Positions 1 to 12,346 of a stretch of DNA of 31,201 nt are shown in pieces (positions within the stretch are counted from its first letter, which is position 1; every line of letters starts with the position of its first letter). This DNA comes from Octopus sinensis (Eukaryota), in contig NW_021832452.1 of the NCBI RefSeq assembly GCF_006345805.1, forward strand, positions 1 to 31,201, in the 5' to 3' direction. Both the position numbers and the translations under genes were made by a program. The notes beneath the pieces were generated by a model, which did no database searches, was not told the origin of the DNA, and saw only the letters and a list, made by a program, of their open reading frames with translations.

Positions 1-91
1 CCACTCTTATCAACAAGTCTAACACTGATTTTTAAATTTGTGTTTTTATAGGTTCTGAGTGAAAATAATTTCTAATATATCTGATCTTGAA

Positions 92-180
92 ATGCCACCT
101 CGTCGTCGTCGGCGCTCACCTGACACTGAGAGAAATATAGGAGATTTAAATGACATAAGAGCTAAGAAGATTGCATCTTG
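92..180 (+). CDS. DCUN1D5: DCUN1D5-like coding exon 1 ([29 protein letters not shown])
   Basis: ATG at 92 and donor GTAAGT at 181. An acceptor (tttttatag) ending at 51 suggests a non-coding exon upstream of the window. The basic NLS-like start resembles MPVKKKRKSP. Confidence 0.85.
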
Positions 181-3100
181 GTAAGTTAACCACTCACATT
201 TCACTGGAAATTATGTTAATAAAACATACTTTGAGAACAATTAATCATCTGTCTTAGCATGTAACCATCCAAACCAGAGTAAGCTGAAATTATGGAATAC
301 AGCATGGTGTATGTAAACTATTTCAGCAAATGAGTTTACTGAGTCAGTGGCAAATATCACTAGATGCTGAGAAAACTACTGCTATCATATGTAATCATGG
401 CATGTACATCATCATCATCATCATCATCCTTTAACGTCTGCTTTCCATGCTAGCATGGGTTGGATGATTTGACTGAGGACTGGCGAACCAGATGGCTGCA
501 CCAGGCTCCAACCCGTTCTGGCAGAGTTTCTACAGCTGGATGCCCTTCCTAATGCCAACCACTCCAAGAGTGTAGTGGGTGCTTTTACGTACCACTGGCA
601 TGAGGGCCAGTCAAGTGGTATTGGCAACGGCCACGCTTAAATGGTATTTTTTACGTGCCACCTGCACAGGAGTCAGTCCGATAGCACTGGCAACGACCTC
701 GCTCGAATGTTTTGTTCACGTGCCAGTAAGGCGATGTTGGTAACGATCACGCTCAAATGGTGCTTTATTTCAGCTAATGAAAGATAAATGTGACTAAAAC
801 CCAAATCAGATGTTCAAGCCACATTGCTTGATCAGAATATCTGGCATGGAAGAGTTACTTACATATGTCCAGGCAGTCATCCTACTAGATGATGATGGAT
901 AATCTAAGGAGTTTCATAATACAATTAATACTTATTCTATTTATTTCAGGGAGAAAATATTAAAAAAAAAAATATTCTTTTATCTTATATTTCGTTTATG
1001 CTTGAGGATAAAATTCTGAAAATATTTGAAGAAAGCATTCTGAATTAATGAAGCTATGCCTTTTATAATTGAAATAAAACTGAAAAAAGGTACTCTGAAT
1101 AATTCAACACAGTAGTTATATGAAGATAATACCTTCCTTAACAAATACTTAATGATAAAAAAAAAACATTGCTTAGGAAACTTAGAGTGGAAGATGATAG
1201 CAAAATCATTGTAATCATTACTGTTCTGATAAAAAATATTGTTCTTTGGTAAAAGCTAGAAAGATTAACATGGAAAAGATTTACCACATTATTCATTAGT
1301 TTAAGGATTAAATTTGATTATTAAGATGTTTGAAGACAGATAAATGCAGTAAAACTGCGGTGAACAAATAAACAAATGTATTGGTACATTATTTACATTT
1401 GACGGATATTTGTCCTCATCTTGTTTGTTTTAACACGTTTTGGCAGATAAAACCTCCAGCCTTCATCAGGTGTCTTGGGGAAATTTCGAACCTAGGTTCC
1501 CATCCCTAAGGTATTTTTCAATGTTGTTGTTGTTATTATTATTCTGGTCACTGCCTGGAATCAAACTTGGAATCTTGGTGTTAGTAGCCTGTGCTCATAA
1601 CCACTATGCCATATGCTCGTGGCATAGTGGTTAAGAGCAAGGGCTACTAACCCCAAGATTCTGAGTTCGATTCCAGGCAGTGACCTTAATAATAATATTA
1701 ATATCGAAAAATATCTTAGGAATGAGAACCCAGGTTTTAAATTTCCCAAGACACCTGATGAAGGCTGGAGGGTATATCAGTCAAAATGTGTTAACAACAA
1801 ACAAGATGAGGACAAATATCTGTCAAATGTAAATAATGTACATAATTCCTCATCTCTTAGATATAGAACTGAAATGTATTGGTGTTATATCAGGTTTAAG
1901 TTTGTAGGGAGGTGAATTGTTTAGCGTTTTTAAATGTCTTTGATCAGTCCTGTAAATAATTTTACTAACAAGGTGAAGTAGTGTTGTGAATAAACAAAAA
2001 CAGCATTGTTTTTTTCTCATGTCAAGTATTTTTCTGTTTGAATGAAGTAGATTACTAGCTTTCAAATTTCAATAAGTTAAAGTCGTTTAATCTCTCCTTC
2101 TTCTCAGTTGACAAGTTTGTAGAACTTCCAACCATATCCACTCATTTATCAATAGCATAACTTCATTATTGTTCAGCTTCAAATTTTTAGATACAGGATA
2201 TTTCAGAACTTCTTACTTTTCATTTACAAGTACTTTGATGTACAATACCAGTACAAAATTCCTTAATCCCTTAGCCTTTAAACTGGCCACATCAATCCCA
2301 AATATTCTACCTGCTGGATTTCTTCTGTTATACTTCAGCCTTTCATCTCTTGGCATGAGGCAATCACTCTCTCTATTACAACAACATTCAGACAAAGGAG
2401 GAGTTTTCTTTAGGCTTGCAAGCTACTTGGTGACTTCACTAGGGCCAGTATCATAATAAGAAAAGGATTCCAGTACACTCTGGAAGGTCATTAGCATCCA
2501 ACAGTAGAAACCATGCCCAAGTAGGCTTTGGAGCTCAATGCAGTCGTTTGATTCACTGGATTCCATCAAATTGTTGAACACAGAAGACTGACAGATGTTG
2601 ATGTTGAGTAATTGCTAACTTACCCAGATTGAATGACACATTTTGTGAAAATGTTTCATCAAATGTCTTTTTTTTCTTTCCTGGCTTACATGAAATGAAT
2701 TATATTCTTTATTTGCAGGCCAAAAAAGGACCTAATGAATGACGAAGTAGTTGATACTTTTTCTAAGAAAAGATGTTTAGCATGGTTTCAAGAATACTCT
2801 GGCTCTGGTGAGATTGCTTTTTATATAATTATTTCTTATTGAGGCTTGTGTCCTCATTATTTCATATTACATTTTGCAAGAGGTGTCTTTTTTTTATCTT
2901 TCTTTCATTGTGAACATTATTTTGCAGTATATTTTGACCACATGTGAAAATGATATATAGTTTGTATGCAAACCACTCAACCACTCATTACTTTCAAGTT
3001 AGTTTTATGCTTCACTGAGTTGCTCCCTTTTGTCCTTACATGTTCTGCTGCCAGGTTAATGAAAATGGGGTTAATTATTCAGTGCTTGGCCTAGAATCTG

Positions 3101-4656
3101 GTTTAATATACAAACGTATAATTCTTCAGCAACTAAACCAATATATCTTATTGATTCAGCTGTTCTGACTCTTCTTACCTGTTCTGCAAAATACTTGCCC
3201 TGGAAACAACAGCATGTTATGGAACTGGGACCATAACTTATTGGGTCAGTGAAAATCTTCTTATGTTCCAATGAAATATAGTCAGTTTAAATTATTTGTT
3301 TGGATTCATTAAAAAAAAAACATTCAAGAATTATAATTAATGATTGTTCAAAAATCATTATTAGATAGATTTCTGAAATTCCTTTTTAGCCAATCTCTGA
3401 TAGTTTTATCTAATTCCACAACAATTGAACCTTTGTTGAACTTGCCATCACTATTTTCACTAATTCTAGTGTATTCCAGTCCTTCATTTTGAGAATTCAA
3501 GTTTTTGTTATATTTAAATGTATCTCAGTCACCATTCAAGCTTATCAAATAAGTCTTGTGTAATATACATAACACTCTGGTACATAAAATTGGTTTCAAA
3601 TTTTGGCACAAGGTCAACAATTTTGGGAGAGGGGATAACTTGATTACATCAATCCCAGTGCCCTGCTGGTACTTTTCCTATCAACTCTGAAAGGGATGAA
3701 AGGCAAAGTCAACCTTGGTGGAATTTGAACTCAGAACTTAAGGACAAATGAAATGCTGCTAAACAGTTTGTCTGGCATACTAATGATTCTGCCAGCTTAC
3801 TGCCTTACTGTGGTGCAAAATATTAAATATAATCCTCTCTGTAAATAAGGCTTTATACTTTACAACATTTCTAGATTTCTATTCTTTACTAATTGGTGAA
3901 ATGCGACATATATGTTAGCCAGTCATGGCCTGAATTCATGACACTGGAGTTGGCAATCTATCTCGTCTACTCAGCTAGTCCACATTTATACATACAGATA
4001 CACACGCATGCGCGCGGGCTTAAAATAATATAATCAAATCATTATTTTAACCCTTTAGCATCCAAATTGGCCATATCTGGCCTGCATATTCTACATGTTA
4101 TATATTCAAATCAGCTAGATGCAGCCTCTCACACCTACCCTACAATGTCCTTCTAAAAATAAGCTACCACATCATTAAAATCTCAACACTAAAAGATAAT
4201 TCATGATTAATTTAAAACAATGTGAATAAATAAGCATTGCATTTAACAGCCATATCTGGCCCAAATATTCTACCTGTTTTATGTTCAAACCAGCTTGATA
4301 TGGCCTCTCACACTGACCTTACAATGTCCTAAAACTAAGCAATCATATCATGGAAAATCACAGCTATGAGGAAATGCATAGTTAATTCAAAACAATGTGA
4401 ATAAATAAGGATTATATTTGACAGAATAATCTGAATGCTAAATGGTTTATGCATTAAAATATAAATTGAGGTTTTTAATTCAACTTAGATGTATTATACT
4501 TTTTTTTTTAATCAGAAGGAGCAGATGATGATGTGATTTGTCCAGAAGGTATGGAAAAATTCTGTGAAGATATTGGAGTAGAACCAGAAAATGTAAGCAA
4601 CTGAAATATGTCAGCTTGTTATCCTTTCTTTTTACATACTGTAATACTGTGTGTGT

Positions 4657-4692
<36 letters not shown>

Positions 4693-7600
4693 TCATCATC
4701 ATTTTAAATCTGCTTTCAATGCTGCTATGGATTGAGTGGTCCAATAGGATCCTAGGATCTGGTGAATGCTGTATTGCTTCAGTATTTTGGCTTTGGCATT
4801 CATTTCTACAAATGAATACCCTTTCAAATACTAACCATGGCACAAGCACTAGTGAAGTCACCTTGAAACTGGCAAGACTAAAGAGCACTATGAAAGAGGG
4901 CAGACAAAGAGAAAAAAATTGCAGTTTTAAGTAAGGTGTTGAAAGAAGTTAACAAAAAAAGGCCGGAAGGAAGGGGTTCTATCTTGTACTGAGGACCCTG
5001 ATTGGCCTCCGCAGGTGGCTGTGGAGGTCATAGGGGAAACCGACTTGTGCAGGGTAATGAACTCCTTCCCCAAGGATATATTTAAATTTATGCTAAAATG
5101 GCTCAACTTGGCACCGTCCAGGTGCTTGAATGAGGCAGTGTGCCTAGTCGGGCATGGAAGTAAGAGGCTTTAACCCTTTCTTTACCGTATTTATTTTGAG
5201 ATGCTCTGTGTTTCTTTCAATCAATTTTAAATATAATAAAGAATTTAGTAAAATAACTCAGTTATCATTAAGCTAGTGTTAGGAACATAAATTTTGACTA
5301 AGGTTTGGTGGAAGATTTTAATTCAAAACTTGTGAAAACAAGACATTTGTACTACAGAGCCAGAGGTGGGTGGTTTCAGCTGGGTTGGTATCAAAAGGGT
5401 TAATGCCTTGAGTTGTAAAAAAGGTAAGAGGCTTAGTGCCTCATTTTTGTAAGGACGTGGAGTCCATTTGTGAAAAATGTAAGAGGCTTAATGCCTCATT
5501 TGAAAGCACCATTGAACTATAGTAAAAGATTTATAACCTCAATTGGTTTTATAAAAGAGAAAAAAAGAACAATATTCTCGGGAAGCATAGATCAGCGGGT
5601 GTCGCCTGCCTCTCTCATCAATATCCTTATTTTGCTCATCATTCATTTCATTTGTGTTGTTGTTCAGCCTGCACTTGCTTCTATCTATGTAATTACTTTA
5701 TGGCAAATTGATGATGAAATAAAGGTGTTGAAAGAAGTTAATGTATCATGGAAAGAACTGGGTGTTTTATCAGGTCTAGTAGAGAATAGTGCATATATTA
5801 TATATATTATATATATATATTATATATATAATATATATATATAAAATAAAATGTATGCCTGTATGTATATATATATATATATATAAATCATCTAACATCT
5901 GCTTTCCATGCTGGCATGGGTTGGAAGATTTGACAGGAGCTGGTTAGGCAGAAGACTGCACCAGACTTTGGTGTCTGTTTTGACTTTTTTTTTTTATAGC
6001 TAGATGCCCTGCCTAACACTAACCATCCAGCTCAGTGGACTGAGTGCTTTTTACATGGCACCAGCACAGGTGAGGTTAGTTTTGGCAAGGTTTTACTGCT
6101 GGATTCCCTTCAAACGCCAACCACTTTACAGTGTGGACTGGATGCTTTTTACTTGGCACTAGCACTGGCAGGGTCACCAAGTAACTTGTAAGAACCTTGT
6201 GTGCCTTCGAAAACAGATGCTCATTTCATGCAAGTTAATCCATAATCAGTCTGGAGCATCTCTTGAGTTTCTGTAGCATTTTTGTCCAGTTTACTATAAA
6301 ACTTTATTGCATAGCAAGCTTCTAAATTGTCATCACATCCTGACTGTATTCTGCAAACTAATCAGTTGTGACAAGCAGTGTTTAATAGGGTGTATCAAAA
6401 GTGCTATTATAGCCATCTCCTTCAGTCTGGAATAAAAATCGTTTGTAGGACAACTTATGAGATGTATAGTAATGTTGTACTGAAATTACTATAATCTAGG
6501 ACAGTTATAATTGCCTCTCTTAAAAAAAGCTTCAAACCTTTTGGAATGCAACTTGTCTATCTATCTGTGCGTGTGTATTTATTTATTTATTTGCATATGT
6601 GTGTGTGTGTATGACATTGGAATAAGAAATTATGTAATGAACTTCATTAGCTTACAGCTGTTTCTACTATAAGATGCAACGCACTCAGAGCTGAGTGCTT
6701 GTGTAACACTATAGCTTCATTGGAGCTTCATGTATGTATGTATATATACATGTGTGTGTGTGTGTATCTGGTAAAAGTGGATCCTAGGTTCTTGAAAGTG
6801 TCCACTTTGTCAAATATTACTCTATCATTTACCCCACCAGAATCTCTCTCCCTCTCCCATTCTCATTACCCTCTCTTCCTTTCCAGCACTACCTTCACCT
6901 ATCATATCTTTTCTGTGCCTTCACTTATCTCTCTCCTCTGCTCTACTCCATCTTAACAACTTCTGTATCTGCCATCATTCTCATCACCCTCTCACATCTA
7001 CCATCACGCCCCATTCACTGTAGCTGCTCTTATGTACCCCAATATCTCTTTCTCACCATTCCTACGTCTTGCACATCTTCTCTGTCCCTTCTGTCTATCC
7101 TCCTTACCAAGCCACTTCTCTCTCTCTTTCTCTCCCCACTTCCATACTGATATTTCTCCTCACTACATCTTCACCCTTATTCATCACAACATTAATCTCT
7201 ACACCCACCTCTAATCTCTTCTTATACTCTTTGAGAAATACCCCACTCCCCTAATGCACTGTCTGTTTCCTCTCTTACAGTGTGTACTGGGTGCTTTCTT
7301 TGCACCATTGTCACTAATGGTATTGTCAAGAACTTTGCAGGACAAGAAAAGAACGGTAGGCGGGGGAGCCCAAAACTAAGTGAGGTGGGGAGTATTTGAG
7401 AAAGGGAGGTGACTTCATGTTAGTTGTTGAGAGACTAGGGTATAATAAAGGGACAAGTAAGATGTCTTATTACAGAAGCGATACCCAACATTATAAAGGT
7501 GAATGGAAGCAGCTGGGAAGAAGATGAAATGGTAGAGATTGGGTGCCAGAGCAAACTCTCCAGATATAATAGGTCAAGATAAGAGTCAGCAGGTAGATCC

Positions 7601-7768
7601 AGAGATGCGCATTATAGATAACACTCAGTAGTGCTCAGATCATTTGAGCATACACGCCAAAATCTTTACTGAGGACTAAATCTATGCGGGAAAGAGTTGC
7701 TATAACAGGAATCCAGGTGAGTAAATATGATGATGCAAATAAAACCACTTGGGCTATATATATAAAAT

Positions 7769-7799
<31 letters not shown>

Positions 7800-10700
7800 A
7801 AAACAAAGGCTGAAAATATTCAGACGAATATTCATATATAGATATATGTTAACAGAGCTGACTTACATAGAGTACAGACAAAAAATTAAGGGGAGAAGGT
7901 ATGGAATTACAGGTCCAACAACTGATTCTGAGGACTCACGATTATGTCATAAAGTAGTTTGCAAAACCTCAAGGATATACAACCAGTAGTGGAAGCATAT
8001 AGTCATTAGGTAAATTCAGCCTCCATCTTCAGTGTGGCGAAATAGGTATATCTCCACCCTGGAGACAGAGGTTTGATGGTAGTGAAACTTGAACTGTGAA
8101 TGCAGAGCGCTAGATGGAAATGAAACTAGCATACTCTGATGAATGTGCAATGTCAGTGTGATGTACAACAAAGTACAAATGTACTAAGAGAAAAATTAGG
8201 CATGAGAAGAATCAGATGTATCTGTGTAGGAGAGAAGATTGCTCTGGTATGCAGATGGATGAGGACAACTGTGTGAAGAAGTGCTGATTGCTAAATGTGG
8301 AAGAGGAAGATGTGTGATGAACTGGTGAAGACTATTGTTTCTGGAAAATTTGCAGTGAGACAAATTTGCCGTATGGACGATGATAAAGTGGATTATATCA
8401 GCATGAAAAAAAGTAAAACAAATGTATGATTAAAAGTTTTATAAAAGTATTAAATAGGCGTAGGAGTGGCTGTGTGGTAAGTAGCTTGCTTACCAACCAC
8501 ATGGTTCCAAGTTCATTCCCACTGCGTGGCACCTTGGGCAAGTGTGTTCTACTATAACCTCGGTCAAACCAAAGTCTTGTGAATGGATTTGGTAGATGGA
8601 AACTGAAAGAAGCCTGTCATATGTATATATATATATATGTGTGTGTGTTTGTCCCACCCCCAACATCGCTTGACAACCGATTTTGGTGTGCTTATGTCTC
8701 CGTAACTTAGCAGTTCAGTAAAAGAGACTGATAGAATAAGTACTAGGCTTACAAAGAATAAGTCCTGGGGGTCAATTTGCTCGACTAAAGGCAGTTCTCC
8801 ACCATGGCCACAGTCAAATGACTGAAACAAGTAAAGAGAGTAGGTAAGTCTTCATTCAATGTCAAACATTAAAAAAAAACATTACGAGTCATTTAAAATG
8901 AAATTTGTTATGGCGAATTTTCCTACAGTAAAAATGTTTATGACAAAGTTTCCTATAACCCCTCAAGATATTGAAACTATATATATACTCTTTACTCTTT
9001 TACTTGTTTCAGTCATTTGACTGTGACCATGCTGGAGCACCGCCTTTAGTCGAGCAAAGCAACCCCAAGACTTATTCTTTGTAAGCCTAGTACTTATCCT
9101 ATCGGTCTCTTTTGCTGAACCGTTAAGTTACGGGAACGTAAACACACCAGCGATGTTGGGGGGACAAATACAGACATACACATATACGATGGGCTTCTTT
9201 CAGTTTCCATCTACCAAATCCACTCACAAGACTTTGGTCGGCCCGAGGCTATAGTAGAAGACACTTGCCCAAGGTGCCACGCAGTGGGAATGAACTCGGA
9301 ACCATGTGGTTGGTAAGCAAGCTACTTACCACACAGCCACTCCTACACCTATCAGTAATGATTTTAGCATGATGGCAGAAGGTCCATCAAGTGTCACCCG
9401 TTAGCATCATAGTTTGGCAAGCCATCCCAGAGGAGTTAAAGATGCTTTTGTGAACTGCTATGAGGTAGCTCTTATAGCTGAATTTCTAGTAGGATTAGAG
9501 AAGAAATTCCAGATATAGAACCAAAACTTAGAATCTAGAAACCTGAGTAAAAGATGGGATAAATTTCTTGTTATATTTGGAATTAAGTCTTGTGTTTGTA
9601 GTGGATTTTAATGCTAAGCTTTCTTTTGAGCAGAAATTGCAAGGTCTCTTGTTGACAATATTTATCTTCACCCTGGATACAATTTTCCATTTTAGCATAT
9701 CGTTAGTATTCTTCCCTTTTAACTCCTATATACCTGTTTACATCATCCATCTTCTTTGCATACATGGGTAGGACGGTTGACAGGAGCTGGCCAGGTAGAA
9801 AAACTACCTTAGGCTACTGTGTCTGTTTTGGCAGGGTTTTTGTGGCTGGATGCTTTTTACATTGGTTTCATTTCTTTCTATTCAGGTTCCTAAATGTGTG
9901 AATGTGTTTGTTGCGAAAAAGTTTAAATGGTGAAGAAGTGGAACCAACATATACGTGTTTGTGTGTGTAAATATTATGGGTAATCATTTTCAACTATATA
10001 CAACGCTAATGCTACTTTTAATTCATCGGTATCATTGTATTGGTAGAGTAGATTATTAATGTATTTATGGTCTAAAGAGCAGTTACTAGGATTAATGTAG
10101 TTTTAATTGGTATTCTTGTATATGTTAGCTTAATTGGATAACTTGAGCTCTTACAGACCACAACACACTAGGGTTTTATGAAATTAAGTGTAATGCAGGA
10201 AGAAAATTTTTGAGTGTTATAAAAAAAAAACTCTATCATATCTATGATATTGTGTTAACCACTCCTAAAGACAGGACTCCATTGTAGTATAATGCTGGTT
10301 AATTAAATATTTGTATAATGGGAAAATTTTGGTTTCTAAGGAAAATATTCTTAACAAGATTATTTTCTGGTGGTTAGGTAGAAAGTATATGTAGTGTAAG
10401 GACTCAATTTGTTTCCTAACAGGATATCAGAGTGAATAAGAATGGTCTTATGCTAGATCTAGGAAGCCCACTTCATGAATGTTGGCCTCAATAATGATAG
10501 TGAAACCAAACTTCTGTGAAGAACAAGAGTAGGTCATTTTTGATTCTGTCAGTCCACTGTGGATTGTAGTTACTAAATAACAAAAGGCCATAATCTTGGT
10601 ATAGGTCTCCTTTTTAATGCTGGAAGTAAGAAAAAGACGAATGAGAGTAGTGTTTGTGTAGGGGTTTTTGAATGTATGAATCATCTTGGTGCCTTAAAAT

Positions 10701-12292
10701 TCATGAATTTATGAACTGTCACTAGGCTCTTGCTATAGGTTATAGATTTGACAGTTTAAAAGGGACTTATTTAAAATAGGGGATGTGACTAAATATCTAA
10801 CAAAACAGTCTATACAGAAAACTTTTTCCATATTAATGCAATTGTATGAATACTTCATCTTTATCAAAGACTTACTTATATACTCATAATAAAACTATGG
10901 ATATTTTAGAATAATCAAACAATTGTATAGCATCATATTGATATGTATGTGTGTGTACATACATATATTTCTTGATACCAAGTGGTATCAGAGGAACAAA
11001 ATTTTGCCTATGGAAGAATTTTAGCCTCAAACGTAAGTTACAAAACACTTATTGGCAAGACAGAGGTACTAGATACTAATGTTAGTAAATTATTTACGAG
11101 GGGGTGCTAGAAAGTTCCTGGCTTTAAGTGTATCATGAAAGGGCTGGTTGGAGGTTCAACCTTTTGAGTTCTTTTACAGGGCTTAGAGAAAGTGAAGGAC
11201 TGTTGCAGTGTATGAATCTGAGAGGGAAATATGTTGAATAAAAACATAATCAACTGATCCTCCTGTATTTTCTTTTACTCAAAACCAGGAAATTTACAGC
11301 ACCCACCCACTCATAGCTTATATTTGCAGCTTGTGGGTCAGAAATATCCACTGTTTGAATGTATTTCCCAATTAGTGCTAGTAGCCAGACACAAATCTTT
11401 AGCCAGTAGGCTTGTTTCCTGAAAATATGGCCAGCAGTGGCTTTTTTTAAAAATTATTCAAAAAGTTTGGACAGCTGTCAAATTTACCCTTTTCATTCTT
11501 ATTTGAGTCACAATAAGCTTCAATCTTTATGCAAAGGTTATGTACTGATTTGATAAAATATGTTTGTGTGTAGCTGTAAAAACCCTGCCAAAACAGACAG
11601 GGTAACCTGGTGCAGTCTTCTACCTAGTTGGCCCCTATCAAATCGTCTAACCTATGCCAGCATGGAAACAGACATTATATGATGATGATGATGATTCATG
11701 TCAGTGAATATATATGTGAGGGCTTAAATGGGAAGACATGTATAAATGTGTACCCTTTATTTGTGTGTGTGTGTATGCATGCTTTTTTTTTCTTTTTTAC
11801 AGAACTCAAAATCTAAAAGCATTTTGTGTAGCCTTGAGCTGTCATTGAAACTAGCTGGTCCTTTGATATCAACTTGAAATCACCTTTGTTTATATTTCTG
11901 TAGCAGAGATCTTTTGGGCAAAAATAATACTAAAAATAAAACATATTTTTATTGAATTTAACTGTTTCCTAATTTTGAAATGTAGTTTTATGAAACAAAA
12001 TAGATGCGATGATGCATGTGTGTGAATATTATTGTTATAACTATTGAAATTATATTGTCAGAGTTTCATTTTTTTTTAGACACTTAACTTTTTTTATACT
12101 CTTTTACTGGTTTTAATGATTGAATTGTAGCTGTGCTAGGGCACTGTCCTTAAAGGTTTTACTCAATCATATCAGTCTCAGTACTTATTTCAACTATATC
12201 AATTTCCATTTATCAAACCACTAAGTCAGAGGACAAAGAAACACAACATAAACATAGCATGTGGTTTTTATTTAGTGTAAACTTAAACATAG

Positions 12293-12346
<54 letters not shown>

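Noticed and set aside
1619-1685. Possible tRNA gene
   Set aside because: It has A/B boxes and an anticodon-like stem but no proper acceptor stem, and it is part of a palindromic repeat. Treated as a SINE head.
1850-2456. Short ORFs on both strands that might be a degraded coding remnant
   Set aside because: No recognisable motif or splice context.
3071-3271. 66-aa minus-strand ORF vaguely like a LINE C-terminus
   Set aside because: Similarity is too weak to support from sequence alone.
6800-7270. CT-rich region with S/L/P/H-rich ORFs
   Set aside because: Low-complexity pyrimidine-rich sequence with no domain recognised.
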